Of a stretch of DNA of 64,000 nucleotides, positions 47,204 to 59,623 are shown one piece after another. Both the position numbers and the translations under genes were made by a program. A model generated the notes under the pieces. That model did no database searches and was not told the DNA's origin. It was given only the letters and a program-made list of their open reading frames with translations. Within the stretch, counting starts at the first letter, position 1. Each line of letters opens with the position of its first letter. Origin of the DNA: Deltaproteobacteria bacterium (GTDB lineage: Bacteria > Myxococcota_A > Polyangia > Fen-1088); contig JANRKS010000006.1 in assembly GCA_033763315.1 (NCBI GenBank), forward strand, positions 160,001 through 224,000, given 5' to 3'.

Positions 47204-48613
47204 GTGTTGTCCGGCCACAAAGATACACTCGACCCGCGCCCCTTTATCGAAGGGGAGCAAACCGACAAGTCGCTCAACGACAGCTTGCTGCACCACGTTT
47301 TGCGTGGGGCCGGCAAGGGCTGGTGGACGCTGTTCACCATCGCGTTGTGCTTGTTAAGCGTCCTGGGCGTCTCGCTCGGTTGGACGTTGTACAAAGGCAT
47401 TGGCGCCTGGGGTAACAACCAGCCCGTCAGCTGGGGCTTCGGCATCATCAACTTCGTTTGGTGGATCGGTATCGGTCACGCTGGAACGTTGATCTCGGCC
47501 ATCTTGTTGTTGTTCCAACAACGTTGGCGCACGTCGATCAACCGCTTTGCGGAAGCCATGACCTTGTTTGCCGTTATGTGCGCCTTGATCTTCCCGGTCA
47601 TGCACACCGGCCGGCCTTGGTACGCGATTTATTTCTTGATGCCTTACCCGAGCGTCAACGCCATCTGGCCGCAGTTCAAGAGCCCGCTGATGTGGGACGT
47701 GTTCGCGGTCTCCACGTATTTCACGATTTCGCTGTTGTTCTGGTTCTTGGGCCTTGTGCCCGACTTGGCTTCGCTGCGCGATTCCGCCAAGAGCAAGACG
47801 AAGAAGTTCGTCTATGGTTTGTTCGCCTTGGGCTGGCGCGGTTCGGGGCGCCACTGGGCTGAGTACAAGTGGGCGTACCTTTTGTTGGCCGGTCTGTCCA
47901 CGCCGCTGGTGCTATCGGTGCACAGCATCGTGTCCTTCGACTTCGCCGTGTCGGTGATGCCCGGTTGGCACACAACCATCTTTCCGCCTTACTTCGTCGC
48001 CGGCGCCATCTTCTCGGGCTTTGCGATGGTTATCACGTGGCTTGTGCCTGCCCGCCACTACCTGGGCCTCAAGCACGTTGTAACGATGCGCCACCTTGAG
48101 AACATGAACAAGGTCATCTTGGCCACGGGCATGATGGTGACCTACGGCTACGCGATGGAGCACTTCATCGCCTGGTATTCGGGCAGCCCTTACGAATTCG
48201 GCATGTTCTTCCACACCCGCCAGCGAGGTCCGGCTTCGGGAATCTACTGGTTGATGGTGTTCTGCAACTGTGTGGCGCCCCAGTTCTATTGGTTCAAGTC
48301 GCTGCGCACCAACTTGAAGTTCATGTGGATCGTATCGATCTTTGTGAACATCGGCATGTGGTGTGAGCGCTTCATCATCGTCGTCACCTCATTGCACCAA
48401 GATTACTTGCCAAGTTCGTGGGGAGATTTCTCTCCGACTGTCACGGACGTGGGCCTGTACATCGGAACAATCGGCCTGTTCTCCACGCTGTTCCTGCTCT
48501 TCATGAAGTTCATCCCCGCCGTTGCTCTCACCGAGATCAAGGAATTGCGGCACGAGCTTGAACATGAGGCGCATGCCGAACAGGGCGGGCACGCCGCTGG
48601 GGGAGCGCACTGA
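47204..48613 (+). CDS. actC: ACIII ActC (NrfD/PsrC family)
   Basis: NFVWWIGIGHAGTLISA, WRTSINRFAEAMT, HTGRPW, SPLMWD, SVHSIVSFDF, PGWHTTIFPPYF. GTG 47204. Confidence 0.93.
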   Translation: MLSGHKDTLDPRPFIEGEQTDKSLNDSLLHHVLRGAGKGWWTLFTIALCLLSVLGVSLGWTLYKGIGAWGNNQPVSWGFGIINFVWWIGIGHAGTLISAILLLFQQRWRTSINRFAEAMTLFAVMCALIFPVMHTGRPWYAIYFLMPYPSVNAIWPQFKSPLMWDVFAVSTYFTISLLFWFLGLVPDLASLRDSAKSKTKKFVYGLFALGWRGSGRHWAEYKWAYLLLAGLSTPLVLSVHSIVSFDFAVSVMPGWHTTIFPPYFVAGAIFSGFAMVITWLVPARHYLGLKHVVTMRHLENMNKVILATGMMVTYGYAMEHFIAWYSGSPYEFGMFFHTRQRGPASGIYWLMVFCNCVAPQFYWFKSLRTNLKFMWIVSIFVNIGMWCERFIIVVTSLHQDYLPSSWGDFSPTVTDVGLYIGTIGLFSTLFLLFMKFIPAVALTEIKELRHELEHEAHAEQGGHAAGGAH

Positions 48614-49170
48614 TGAGCCACGGCGATTCATTCAAAGGCCGCCGCTTCGTGTTGGCCGAGTTCGAAACCAGCGATGCGCTGTTGGAGAGCACGACCACCT
48701 TGCGGGAAAAAGGCTTCAAGAAGCTGGACACCCACACGCCGTACCCCGTGCACGGCATCGAAGAAGCGCTCGGTCTAGGGCGCCCCTTCATTCCGAAGAT
48801 CGTGTTGTGCTTCGCGGTCCTGGGCATCATCACTGCCTACTCGATGATTCACTACATGAACGTCATCGACTGGCCCATCAACGTTGCCAACCGGCCGATC
48901 CACGCGCCGCCGGCCAACATCCCGATCACCTTCGAGTTGGCCGTTTTGTTCGGTGGCTGCTCGTCCTTCTTCGGCGTCATGTTCTTGATGCGTTTACCCA
49001 AGCTTTATCACCCCGTGTTTCAATCTGACCGGTTCTGCGAGAAGGCCAGCGTCGATGGTTTCTTCTTGTCCGTAGAAATGCCTCACGACGGTGACGCCGT
49101 GGCGGTGCAAGCGGCAATCAAGGACCTTGGCGCTTCACACATTGAAGTGATCGATGAGGTGGAGCGATGA
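48613..49170 (+). CDS. actD: ACIII ActD (DUF3341)
   Basis: LAEF, HTPYPVHG, PITFELAVL, LYHPVF. Confidence 0.92.
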   Translation: MSHGDSFKGRRFVLAEFETSDALLESTTTLREKGFKKLDTHTPYPVHGIEEALGLGRPFIPKIVLCFAVLGIITAYSMIHYMNVIDWPINVANRPIHAPPANIPITFELAVLFGGCSSFFGVMFLMRLPKLYHPVFQSDRFCEKASVDGFFLSVEMPHDGDAVAVQAAIKDLGASHIEVIDEVER

Positions 49171-49769
49171 TTCGCCAACTTCTTTGGGGGGCCTTGGGCC
49201 TCAGCCTGATGTCGGGCTGCCTCGACGAGGATCTGCTGAACCCGATGGCAAGCCGCCAGCCGAAGTTCGCCCCTTACAAACAGACCGAACAATACAAAGA
49301 CTCGCTGCAAATGCGCAGCCCCCCCGAGGGCACTGTGCCAGTCGAGCGCATCACGCTTAAGCCGGGGATGACCACCGGCAAAGTGAACACGCCTGAAGGG
49401 CCGCGCTATGTCACTGCGTTCCCGCTCACGGTCGACAGCAACCTGCTGGAGCTTGGTCGCAAGCGCTACAACATTACCTGTGGCACTTGCCACGGTGCCC
49501 TGGGCGATGGCGACAGCATCGTGGGCCGGCAAATGGCTCTGAAGCCCCCGCCTTCGCTGCACGACTTTGCTGACCGTCCCCCGGGCTACATTTTCGACGT
49601 CGCAACCCAAGGGCACGGCCTCATGGCGGCCTACAACGCCGAACTCAGCGTGAAAGAACGTTGGGCGGTTGTGGCCTACATTCGGGCTTTGCAGCTTGCA
49701 CACCAAGGCACGCTGGATGATGTGCCAACCGAAAAGCGCGCGTCTCTTGCGCAGGAGTCTCACCAGTGA
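49167..49769 (+). CDS. actE: ACIII monoheme cytochrome c lipoprotein ActE
   Basis: MSG|C lipobox, PPEGTVP, CGTCHG, RWAVVAYIRALQ. Confidence 0.92.
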   Translation: MIRQLLWGALGLSLMSGCLDEDLLNPMASRQPKFAPYKQTEQYKDSLQMRSPPEGTVPVERITLKPGMTTGKVNTPEGPRYVTAFPLTVDSNLLELGRKRYNITCGTCHGALGDGDSIVGRQMALKPPPSLHDFADRPPGYIFDVATQGHGLMAAYNAELSVKERWAVVAYIRALQLAHQGTLDDVPTEKRASLAQESHQ

Positions 49770-50977
49770 GCGGCTCGCATCAAAGTACTGAAGTGAAAGT
49801 GAACAAATTCCAGGGCGGCAAATCCTGGATGACCAATGCGGCCATTGTGGGCCTGTTGGGCACCGGCGCCTCCGTGGCTACGATGCTCACAGGTTCGCGC
49901 CCCGCGCAATTCAGCTACCTGTTCGGCTTTTGCTACTGGGCTGGCATCGCGTTTACTTCGCTGCTGCTCCTGATGATCTTCCACGCCTTTAGGGCAAAGT
50001 GGATGACGGTTCTTCGCCGTCCGCTTGAGGCGATGGCCACCACGGTGGGCATCTTCTTGGTGTTGTTCATCCCGATTGTGGTCGTACTTAAGTCATTGTT
50101 TCCCTGGGTGGAACCCGATCACGCCCGGTTCAGCGAGCACGCCCTCCACCTGCTGGAGCACAAGAAATCGTATCTGAACAGCACGTTCTTTATCGTGCGC
50201 GGGTTTGGCTACTTCGTCATCTCGGCCATCATTGCCAACCTGCTGTTCGGCTGGTCCACAAAGCAAGACGCCACGGGCGACGCCGCTTTGACGGGCAAGG
50301 CACGCAAGCTGGGCACGGGCGCGATTCCCTTGATGGCGTTTGTTATCACCTTCGCAGGCTTCGACTGGCTGATGAGCTTGGATCCCACGTGGTTCTCCAC
50401 GATGTTCGGCGTTTATTACTTCGCGGGCAGCATGCTCTCGACGTTCGCGCTGCTCATTCTTGTGTGCTGGCGCGCCCAGGGCGCGGACCAATTCACGGCT
50501 TACGTCTCGCCTGAGCACTTGCACAATTTGGGCAAGCTGTTGTTCGCGTTCACGGCTTTTTGGGGCTACATCGCTTTCTCTCAGATGATGTTGATCTGGA
50601 TGGCGGGCCTGCCTGAAGAGACGCCGTTCTTCATCTTGCGTATGAAGGCACCTTGGGCTTACTTCAGCGTCTTCTTGGTGGTGGGGCACTTCTTGGGGCC
50701 TTTCTTCATGCTGCTGTCGAGGGGCCGCAAGCGCAGCATCACTCGCTTGGCGCCTTTCGCCGTTTGGGCTTTGTTCGTCCACGCGGTGGATATGTACTGG
50801 TTGATCTTCCCCGCCCTGGATGAAGCAAATGCTTCGTTTCATTGGGCCATCATCACCAGCTTCGTCGGCATCGGTGGTTTGACCATCGCAGCTGCCATCT
50901 GGCGCATTCGTGGCCAATACACCATTCCGGTGAAAGACCCGTTCTTGAACGTATCGTTGAGGTACCGTCAGCCATGA
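49766..50977 (+). CDS. actF: ACIII ActF
   Basis: Multi-TM; RRPLE, FDWLMSLDP.WFSTMFG, GKLLFAF..FW.Y..FSQ..LIW. Confidence 0.92.
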   Translation: MSGSHQSTEVKVNKFQGGKSWMTNAAIVGLLGTGASVATMLTGSRPAQFSYLFGFCYWAGIAFTSLLLLMIFHAFRAKWMTVLRRPLEAMATTVGIFLVLFIPIVVVLKSLFPWVEPDHARFSEHALHLLEHKKSYLNSTFFIVRGFGYFVISAIIANLLFGWSTKQDATGDAALTGKARKLGTGAIPLMAFVITFAGFDWLMSLDPTWFSTMFGVYYFAGSMLSTFALLILVCWRAQGADQFTAYVSPEHLHNLGKLLFAFTAFWGYIAFSQMMLIWMAGLPEETPFFILRMKAPWAYFSVFLVVGHFLGPFFMLLSRGRKRSITRLAPFAVWALFVHAVDMYWLIFPALDEANASFHWAIITSFVGIGGLTIAAAIWRIRGQYTIPVKDPFLNVSLRYRQP

Positions 50978-51546
50978 GCGATTCCTCTCATCACAACGAC
51001 CCGCACAAACCCCACATCACGACGGAGGATCCGAACGCCGGCGTGAATGCGAAGCTCATCGTCGCGGTGGGCGCGGTGTCACTGATTGCCTTCATCGCCT
51101 CAGCGATTGTTGCCTACATCATGCTTGTTCGTGATGAGAAGACCATCGCGTCGGCGGGCCCACAGAACCCAACGGAACAGTTCCGCAAGCGCAAAGAGAT
51201 CGGCATCGTGGACTTCGTTCATTACGACGCTGACGATCGTTTGCCGACCCTGCGTTCCGACTTGGCGGCGAAACTCAACGGTTATAGCTGGGTGGACAAG
51301 TCAAAAGCGAAGGTGCGTTTGCCAATCGCTGAAGGCATCAAGCGCGCGATCGCCGAGGCCGCCAGCGGCGCCGCCATCGGTGAGGCGAACGCCAAGGTTG
51401 AACACGAACCCAAGGTTCCCCGTTTGACGTTGGCCGAGGCCATTGCCAACCCGGCGGCGGCACAAGCGGCTGCGGCCGCGAAGGCGCCACCGAGCGACAA
51501 CTCTGTTCCTAAGCCCACTCCGACGCCAAAGGCGGAGGTCAAGTGA
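50974..51546 (+). CDS. actG: ACIII ActG-like single-TM protein
   Basis: TM segment then LNGYSWVDK...VRLPI; lies between actF and sco. Confidence 0.75.
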   Translation: MSDSSHHNDPHKPHITTEDPNAGVNAKLIVAVGAVSLIAFIASAIVAYIMLVRDEKTIASAGPQNPTEQFRKRKEIGIVDFVHYDADDRLPTLRSDLAAKLNGYSWVDKSKAKVRLPIAEGIKRAIAEAASGAAIGEANAKVEHEPKVPRLTLAEAIANPAAAQAAAAAKAPPSDNSVPKPTPTPKAEVK

Positions 51547-52466
51547 AGCATTCCTTTCTTGCCAAGTGCGCTCGCGCGTCGTCCCTCGTGGCGATTGCAG
51601 GGGCGTGCCTTGGCTTGACCGCGGGCCACGCGATGGCCAGCGGCTACAACGGGCATTACAAGCCCGCGCCCATCATTGGAGGCGGTGAGGGCAACGTTAA
51701 GTCGCAAGACATCGAACCGGTGGAGAACCTCGGTCAGTCGGTGCCTGCAAACCTGGCTTTCGTTGACGGGCACGGCAAATCTGTGGCGCTGTCGAACGTT
51801 TTAGGGCAGGGCAAACCCGTTCTTGTGACCATCGGCTATTACACGTGCCCGATGTTGTGCAACCTCGTGCACGAGGGCCTTGCGAAGAGCTTGAAGAAGG
51901 CTGGCCTGGTTTTGGGCCGCGACTTTCTGGGCTTCTCGGTCAGCGTTGACCCGAAGGAAGATGCGAAGTCCGCCAACACCAATCAAGGGCGCCTCTTGCG
52001 CAGCATTGGCGTTGAACAGCCTGCGTTGTGGCCCTTTCTGATGGTGCCAGCGGGTGCAGGCAGCGCGGATGGCCAAACCGGCCCAGCGAAGGAATTGTCC
52101 GAGAGCTTGGGCTTTCGGTATGTGTACGACAAAGAATCAAAACAGTTCGCGCATGCGGCCGTGGCGTTTGTGCTCACGCCGGAAGGGAAGATCTCTCGTT
52201 ACCTCTATGGCGTTGATTTTGATCCACGGGATCTGAAGTTTGCGTTGGTTGAGGCTGGCGGGGGCCGGGTGGGAACGACGCTGGACCGAGTGCTGCTTTC
52301 CTGTTTCAAGTACGACCCCATGACCCACAAATACACGCCCTTTGCTTTCGGATTCGTCCGGATTGGCGCCTTCTTGAGCTTCGTCGCGTTGGCGAGCTTG
52401 TTGGCCCTTCTGTGGCGAAAAGAGCTCCAAATTCGCCAGCTGAATAAGGCGCGGAGGACCGCATGA
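51543..52466 (+). CDS. SCO family copper chaperone
   Basis: YYTCPMLC, FAHAA, SRYLYG, C-terminal TM segment. Confidence 0.9.
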   Translation: MKHSFLAKCARASSLVAIAGACLGLTAGHAMASGYNGHYKPAPIIGGGEGNVKSQDIEPVENLGQSVPANLAFVDGHGKSVALSNVLGQGKPVLVTIGYYTCPMLCNLVHEGLAKSLKKAGLVLGRDFLGFSVSVDPKEDAKSANTNQGRLLRSIGVEQPALWPFLMVPAGAGSADGQTGPAKELSESLGFRYVYDKESKQFAHAAVAFVLTPEGKISRYLYGVDFDPRDLKFALVEAGGGRVGTTLDRVLLSCFKYDPMTHKYTPFAFGFVRIGAFLSFVALASLLALLWRKELQIRQLNKARRTA

Positions 52467-53510
52467 TCATCGATTTCTTCAATGACCTGTTCCGGCGGTT
52501 TCTGTGGCTGCCCGAGCAAGCGTCGACCTTCGCGGTTCGCGTGGATCGACTGCACTACTTTGTCGCCTTCGTAACGATCGTTGCTGCCCTTGGTTGCGGC
52601 TTTGCTGCGGTCTACTTCATGTTCAAGTACCGGGAGCGCAAGGCCTTCGCTTCAACGCCCTTGGTGAACCCGAGCGGACGCTTCGAGGCAATTGTGGTCA
52701 CGGTGCCTCTCATCATCTTTATGTCGTGGGTCTTCGTGGGCTACCGCGACTTCATCTGGGCGTCGACGGCTCCCGCCGGCACGATGGACGTGTATGTCAC
52801 CGGAAAAAAGTGGATGTGGCACTTTGCGCATCCCGATGGCCCCAACGAAAATGCCGTGCTTCACGTTCCCGCCGGGCGCCCCGTGCGCTTGCTGATGACC
52901 AGCCGTGACGTGATTCACTCGTTCTTCGTGCCCGAGTTCCGCATCAAACAAGACGTGGTGCCCGGTCGATATAGTGAGACCTGGTTCGAGGCGAAGAAGC
53001 CGGGACGCTACACCATCTTTTGCACCGAATTCTGCGGCACGTGGCATTCGCAAATGATTGGTGAAGTGGTGGTTCTGGCGGCTCCTGAATTCGATCGCTG
53101 GAAGGAACGCCTGCGCATCGGAAATCTGCCTGACAAGCAGGATGCGAGCAGCACGGAAGGTTCGGCCACTGAGTTTAAGAACGATCTGTTGTCATACGGC
53201 CGTCGCGTGGCTTCTGTCCAAGGGTGTTTCAAGTGTCACACCACGGACGGTACGCAACACATCGGCCCCACCTGGACCGACCTCTATATGAGGAAGACCC
53301 AGTTGGAATCGGGAGACACCATTGTGGCTGATGAGGGATACCTCACCGAATCAATGATGGAGCCCTACCGAAAGATGGTTAAGGGTTACGCGCAGGTGAT
53401 GCCTTCCTACCGCGGGAAGATGTCGGCACCGGAAGCTGCGGCCCTGGTTGAATTTATCAAGTCTCTCCGGACCGATCGCCTGGAGAACCTGAAGTCTAAG
53501 GACCCTGCAT

Positions 53511-53530
<20 letters not shown>
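52463..53530 (+). CDS. coxB: Cytochrome c oxidase subunit II with fused cytochrome c (caa3 type)
   Basis: DVIHSF, CTEFCGTWHSQM CuA site, C-terminal CFKCH...MP. Confidence 0.95.
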
Positions 53531-55161
<1,631 letters not shown>

Positions 55162-55175
<14 letters not shown>

Positions 55176-55818
55176 AGCGGCCCACTCTGCCCACAATCCC
55201 TATCTTGCGCACCACTTTGATACGATGGAGCAGCAGGACCACGCTGCTCGCCTCGGCATGTGGTTGTTCCTGGCAACGGAAGTGCTGTTGTTCGGAGCCT
55301 TGTTCCTGGGCTACACGGTTTACCGGTGGATGTACCCACAGACCTACCAGGAATGCGCAAACCTCTTGAGCATTCCTATGGGTGCCACCAACACGGTGGT
55401 CCTCATCACCAGTAGCTTCACGGCGGCCTGGGCGTATCACTCGATCAAGGTGAACCAGATCAAGAAGGGCTTGGCCCTCTTGGCGATCACGATCCTGTTT
55501 GCCTGCGCGTTTCTTGTGATCAAGTACTTCGAGTACAAGCACAAGTTCGACGTGGGCGAGCTTCCTGGCAAGTGGTACTCGTACGAAGGGTTGCAGGCGC
55601 CAGGTGCGAACCTGTTCTTCGCCGTGTACTTCTTGGCCACCGGTCTACACGGTCTGCACGTTGTCATCGGTATGACCGTGTTGAGCATCATCGGCTACCG
55701 CACCATCAAAGGCCGTTACCACAGCGGTAACTACGTGGGCGTTGAGCTCGGCGTGCTTTACTGGCACTTGGTCGACTTGGTTTGGATTTTCCTTTTCCCG
55801 CTGCTTTATTTGATCTGA
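55162..55818 (+). CDS. coxC: Cytochrome c oxidase subunit III
   Basis: GMWLFLATE, NTVVLITSS, TGLHGLHV, YWHLVDLVW. Confidence 0.95.
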
Positions 55819-55825
55819 AGGCGGA

Positions 55826-56206
55826 GTGACGAACTTGTCCACGAAAGCTCAAGAATCTCATCACGAAGACCACGGCATCGGCCGGTACGTAGCCGTCTTC
55901 GCTGTTCTGCTGGTGCTCACAGGCGTGACCGTGTGGACCGGCGAAATGAACTTTGGCAACTGGAACATCATCATCGCGATGGCCATTGCCATTGTGAAGG
56001 CCTCACTGGTGGTGTTGTTCTTTATGCACCTGTGGGATGAAGGTCCCGTCAATCGTTTGATCTTCGTCGTTTCGGTCATCTTCGTGGGCGTGCTCATCTT
56101 GTTCACCTTTGGTGACTTGATGTTCCGCATCCCCGGTTTGTTGCCGAACTTCATCCAGGCCGACGACGTGCCCAAGGTGATGCACGCACCGCACGGCGGC
56201 CACTAG
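55826..56206 (+). CDS. coxD: Cytochrome c oxidase subunit IV (caa3)
   Basis: LLVLT, KASLVVLFFMHL; 3 TM segments. Confidence 0.9.
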   Translation: MTNLSTKAQESHHEDHGIGRYVAVFAVLLVLTGVTVWTGEMNFGNWNIIIAMAIAIVKASLVVLFFMHLWDEGPVNRLIFVVSVIFVGVLILFTFGDLMFRIPGLLPNFIQADDVPKVMHAPHGGH

Positions 56207-56224
56207 AGGCTGCTTGCACTGCAC

Positions 56225-56258
56225 AAAGGGCTCCAGGAATGGGGCCTTTTTGCTTTTT
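56225..56258 (+). terminator. Rho-independent terminator of the act-cox operon
   Basis: AAAGGGCTCCA-GGAA-TGGGGCCTTT followed by TTGCTTTTT. Confidence 0.75.
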
Positions 56259-56337
56259 GGACGCGACCCGCACAGGGCCCGTTCGGGCGTGTGAGTTTTC
56301 TGGGTCCCGCGGGCGTCTCATGGTTATGCTTGAGGCC

Positions 56338-57210
56338 ATGCGATTTGGACGGATTGCGACCGTGGGGTTGTTGGCATTGGGGCTGTGTACCGGAGCCGGG
56401 GTGACAGCTGCTCACGCCGATGACGCCGCCACCCATTACAACTTGGGCCTACAGCTCAAACGAGACGGCGACGTGCCGGGGGCCATCGCGGAGGTTCGCA
56501 AAGCCATTGCGGCGCGCCCCGACTACGCAGCGGCGCACTTTACGCTGGGCAACCTGATGCGGCAGGCAGGGCATTTGGAAGAAGCCGTGGCTTCTTACCG
56601 AAAGACGGTGGAGCTGGCCCCCAAAATGGTGGAGGCCCAAGGCAACTTGGGCACAACCCTGGTGCGGCTCGGGCAGGTGGATGAGGGCATCGCTGTGCTT
56701 GAGAAGGCGTCCGCCATCGACGACAAGGCCGCGTTTGAATCGCTGCTGAGCTTGGGCGCTGCCTACCGCCAAAAGGGGCAGTTCGATAAGGCGGTTGCGG
56801 CTTTAGAGCGGGCCGTGAAATTGAAGCCCACGGACGCACAGGCGTGGACGAATCTGGGCGTCGCCAAGGCCCGCACGGCTGACAAGGCGGGCGCCGTGAC
56901 GGCGTACAAGAAGGCGGTGGAGCTTGAACCCACCAACGGCGCGTTCTGGTTCAACCTGGGCACCGCTCACCGACGTATGCAGAAGACGGATGAAGCGATC
57001 GAGGCCTACGAAAAGGCCGTGAGCCTAGATCCGAACGTGGCTGGCGCTTATTACGATCTCGGTGTTCTTTACGCACAAGATCGTGAGACGCAAAAAGCCT
57101 TGGCGGCGTTCAAAAATTACCTGCGCGCTGGGGGCAAGGGGCTTGCCGCGAAGGACAAGCAGGACGCCCAAGAGCGCATCAGCGCGCTTGAGGCGTCCTT
57201 AAAGAAGTAG
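56338..57210 (+). CDS. Exported TPR protein
   Basis: Signal peptide (AAHA) and about seven TPRs (HYNLG, HFTLG, GNLG, LSLG, WTNLG, WFNLG, YYDLG). Confidence 0.9.
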   Translation: MRFGRIATVGLLALGLCTGAGVTAAHADDAATHYNLGLQLKRDGDVPGAIAEVRKAIAARPDYAAAHFTLGNLMRQAGHLEEAVASYRKTVELAPKMVEAQGNLGTTLVRLGQVDEGIAVLEKASAIDDKAAFESLLSLGAAYRQKGQFDKAVAALERAVKLKPTDAQAWTNLGVAKARTADKAGAVTAYKKAVELEPTNGAFWFNLGTAHRRMQKTDEAIEAYEKAVSLDPNVAGAYYDLGVLYAQDRETQKALAAFKNYLRAGGKGLAAKDKQDAQERISALEASLKK

Positions 57211-57217
57211 CTAGCTG

Positions 57218-59134
57218 TTAGAACTGGATGCCGAAGAACGCCCGCAGCACCTGAGCGGTTGAGGCGTCCTGTTTGACAGGCCAAGGCTGCATAGTGTCGC
57301 TCGACGAGGGGCGATCGAGGCCCGCCATGGGGAACAACACAGCCCAGGTGAGGCCGGCATAGAAGCCATCGGCGGGATTCCGGTAGGTTAGCCCCAGGTT
57401 CGTCTCAAGGCCGAGGTTTCTGGAGTTCCCGGGCGTGCCCTGCGAGGAGGCCGCCATGCTGTAGATCACGGCGCCGTTGATGCCCAATTGCTTTTGTTCC
57501 GCCAGGTTGAGCCAATAAGCCAGTTGCGGCTTGAGGTAGATGGCGTTCGTCACCGTGCCCAAGATGCGACGGAATAGGATCTGATCCACGTGGTATTCGG
57601 GTGAAAAGCGAAAATCAGTGATTGAGCGATCGCCCGGTTGTTGTTGCACCGACCGCCACCGGTAATTCAGATACGTGTTCGGGTTCTCCATGTTGCCCCC
57701 GATTTGTGGCTCAGCCTTGTCACCTGTGGCTCCACCGGTCTCAAGACCCAAAAACAAGGCGTTCTTGAACAGGCTGAGATCGCTGGCAAACACCCAGCCC
57801 AACTGCCGCAAGTTGAGTTTCTTGTTCAACGAATCAGCCGTCAAAGACCCCGCGTCTTCGATCCGACCTAACACCGCGTTGCTCTCGAATTCAAGCGTCA
57901 GCGCCTTCCAACCCAGCTTGAACCAGACGCTGGGGATGATCGCCATCGCGCCCACGTGAACGAAGTTGGTGCTGGTGCCGTTGGCCAACTGTGTGGGCGT
58001 GAACGCGCCGTCAGCCAGGGGCACGCTGGGGGTGCCGCCAGCGGGGTTTCGCGACGCCTTGTCGGTGCTGCGGTAAACGGCTTGCACGCCATAGTTCAGC
58101 GCCACTTCACCGCGGCCCGCTTCGGAGCGGAATTGCTCGTCGGTTTGCAATTTTGTGATCGAGGCCATCAACTGCAGCGTGTCGTCGCGCTGTGAAAGAT
58201 CGAGTGGGATGTTGCCGCGGTCGATGGTGCCCAAGTTCGTAGCGTTGGCGGTTAACCCTTGTGAGCCGTAATCCCAGGACACGGAGACGTCGTGGCCCCA
58301 CAACTTTGACATCACCATCAATCGATCAACGTTGGTGCCGCCGTCACAGTCGAGGCAGCGGCCGGCATTGAACATCATGCCGCGGCCAAAGTGCCAGGGC
58401 ATGCGGCCGAACTTCAGCGTGCCGAACTCGGTGTCAACTTCACCCCAGGCGCGTTTTGCGCGGACGCTTGAAACATAGCCGTTTTGGCCGATTTCGGGCG
58501 GATCTTGGCTGTTTGATAACACCGCATCTGGCGAGATGCCGTTGCGTGCTTCCAGGCGATCGGTGCGCACCAACGAATCCGGCGTGGAGCCCGCGATCGT
58601 GTTGTCCAACACGTCGATCTGCGCCAACACCCGCACTTGATCTGAAACGTTGATGGTTGGCTCAAGCCGCAAACGCATGTTCGCGGAGCCTAGATTCTTC
58701 TGCCCGCAATCCGCCCCTTTGCCACAGTCGAGGGGGCGGGGGAAGGGCGGGGTGGCAACGATCTGATTGCCCTGCTCCATGTAGCCCTGGCCCAGGTGCA
58801 GCTTGCGGAACCAATCCGCGCGCATGCGGTAATAGCCATCCAGTTCAAGCACCTGCGTGCGGCGGCGAGCGGCTTCCGACAGCGGCGCCAATGGCGCGTT
58901 CTCGTCGTCGTCTTTGTCTTTGTCGGGTGCCGCCTCGGCCGGGCCCTCTTCTTTGTCGTCGCCACCAGCGCCTTGTGGGGGGCGCATGCCACCACCCGGA
59001 GACATGCCAGGCATCATGCCGCCACCTGCGGGGCCACCGTATTGGGCGAAAGCAGGCGCTACGCCCAGCAGGCCACAAATGGCAAGCGAGGCAACAAACA
59101 CGCCCAGTTTACGGGCAGGCATCACAGACTTCAC
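57218..59134 (-). CDS. TIGR04551-like myxobacterial outer-membrane protein
   Basis: ELDGYYRMR, ANMRLRLEPTINVS, QIDVLDN, KRAWGEV, FGRMPWH.G, CLDCD, F.FSPEYHVD.IL.R, TNAIYLKP, terminal F. GTG 59134 overlaps the mce stop. Confidence 0.8.
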   Translation of the reverse strand: MKSVMPARKLGVFVASLAICGLLGVAPAFAQYGGPAGGGMMPGMSPGGGMRPPQGAGGDDKEEGPAEAAPDKDKDDDENAPLAPLSEAARRRTQVLELDGYYRMRADWFRKLHLGQGYMEQGNQIVATPPFPRPLDCGKGADCGQKNLGSANMRLRLEPTINVSDQVRVLAQIDVLDNTIAGSTPDSLVRTDRLEARNGISPDAVLSNSQDPPEIGQNGYVSSVRAKRAWGEVDTEFGTLKFGRMPWHFGRGMMFNAGRCLDCDGGTNVDRLMVMSKLWGHDVSVSWDYGSQGLTANATNLGTIDRGNIPLDLSQRDDTLQLMASITKLQTDEQFRSEAGRGEVALNYGVQAVYRSTDKASRNPAGGTPSVPLADGAFTPTQLANGTSTNFVHVGAMAIIPSVWFKLGWKALTLEFESNAVLGRIEDAGSLTADSLNKKLNLRQLGWVFASDLSLFKNALFLGLETGGATGDKAEPQIGGNMENPNTYLNYRWRSVQQQPGDRSITDFRFSPEYHVDQILFRRILGTVTNAIYLKPQLAYWLNLAEQKQLGINGAVIYSMAASSQGTPGNSRNLGLETNLGLTYRNPADGFYAGLTWAVLFPMAGLDRPSSSDTMQPWPVKQDASTAQVLRAFFGIQF

Positions 59135-59556
59135 GATGAGGGATCTCCTTCTAAACACTGGCAAAGCTCGAACAACACCCCGCCGGTGGCGCGGGGATGA
59201 ATGAAAGCCACAAGGTGCCCGTGGGCACCCACGCGAGGGGTTTCGTCGACGAGGGCAACGCCCGCGGCTTTGAGGCTGGTTAATGTGCTGGCCAAGTCTT
59301 CCACTTCAAGGCTGATGTGGTGCATGGCGGTGCCGCGGCGATCAAGAAACCGCCCGAGCGCTTCATTGCCGGCGGGCGCGATGAGCTCCACAGCGGTTTC
59401 ACCTTCAGCGGTTTGCAAGAAGCACGTGTTGGTTTTTTGGTTGGCCACAAGCTCGTCTTGGCTGCTGTTAAGGCCCAAAATGGACAAAACGCTGCGCCCT
59501 TCGTCCAGCGTCGGGACGGCAATAGAGACGTGGTTGATCCGTTTAACCTTCACCAT
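59131..59556 (-). CDS. mce: Methylmalonyl-CoA epimerase
   Basis: INHVSIAV, VELI, MHHISLEVED, GAHG..VAFIHP..TGGVL.EL. Confidence 0.9.
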   Translation of the reverse strand: MVKVKRINHVSIAVPTLDEGRSVLSILGLNSSQDELVANQKTNTCFLQTAEGETAVELIAPAGNEALGRFLDRRGTAMHHISLEVEDLASTLTSLKAAGVALVDETPRVGAHGHLVAFIHPRATGGVLFELCQCLEGDPSS

Positions 59557-59623
59557 AACCGGGTGGCCGGGTTGTGGGGCCGGACCTTAGCACGGCAACC
59601 CCGCGCGCGGCGCAGGATGACAT

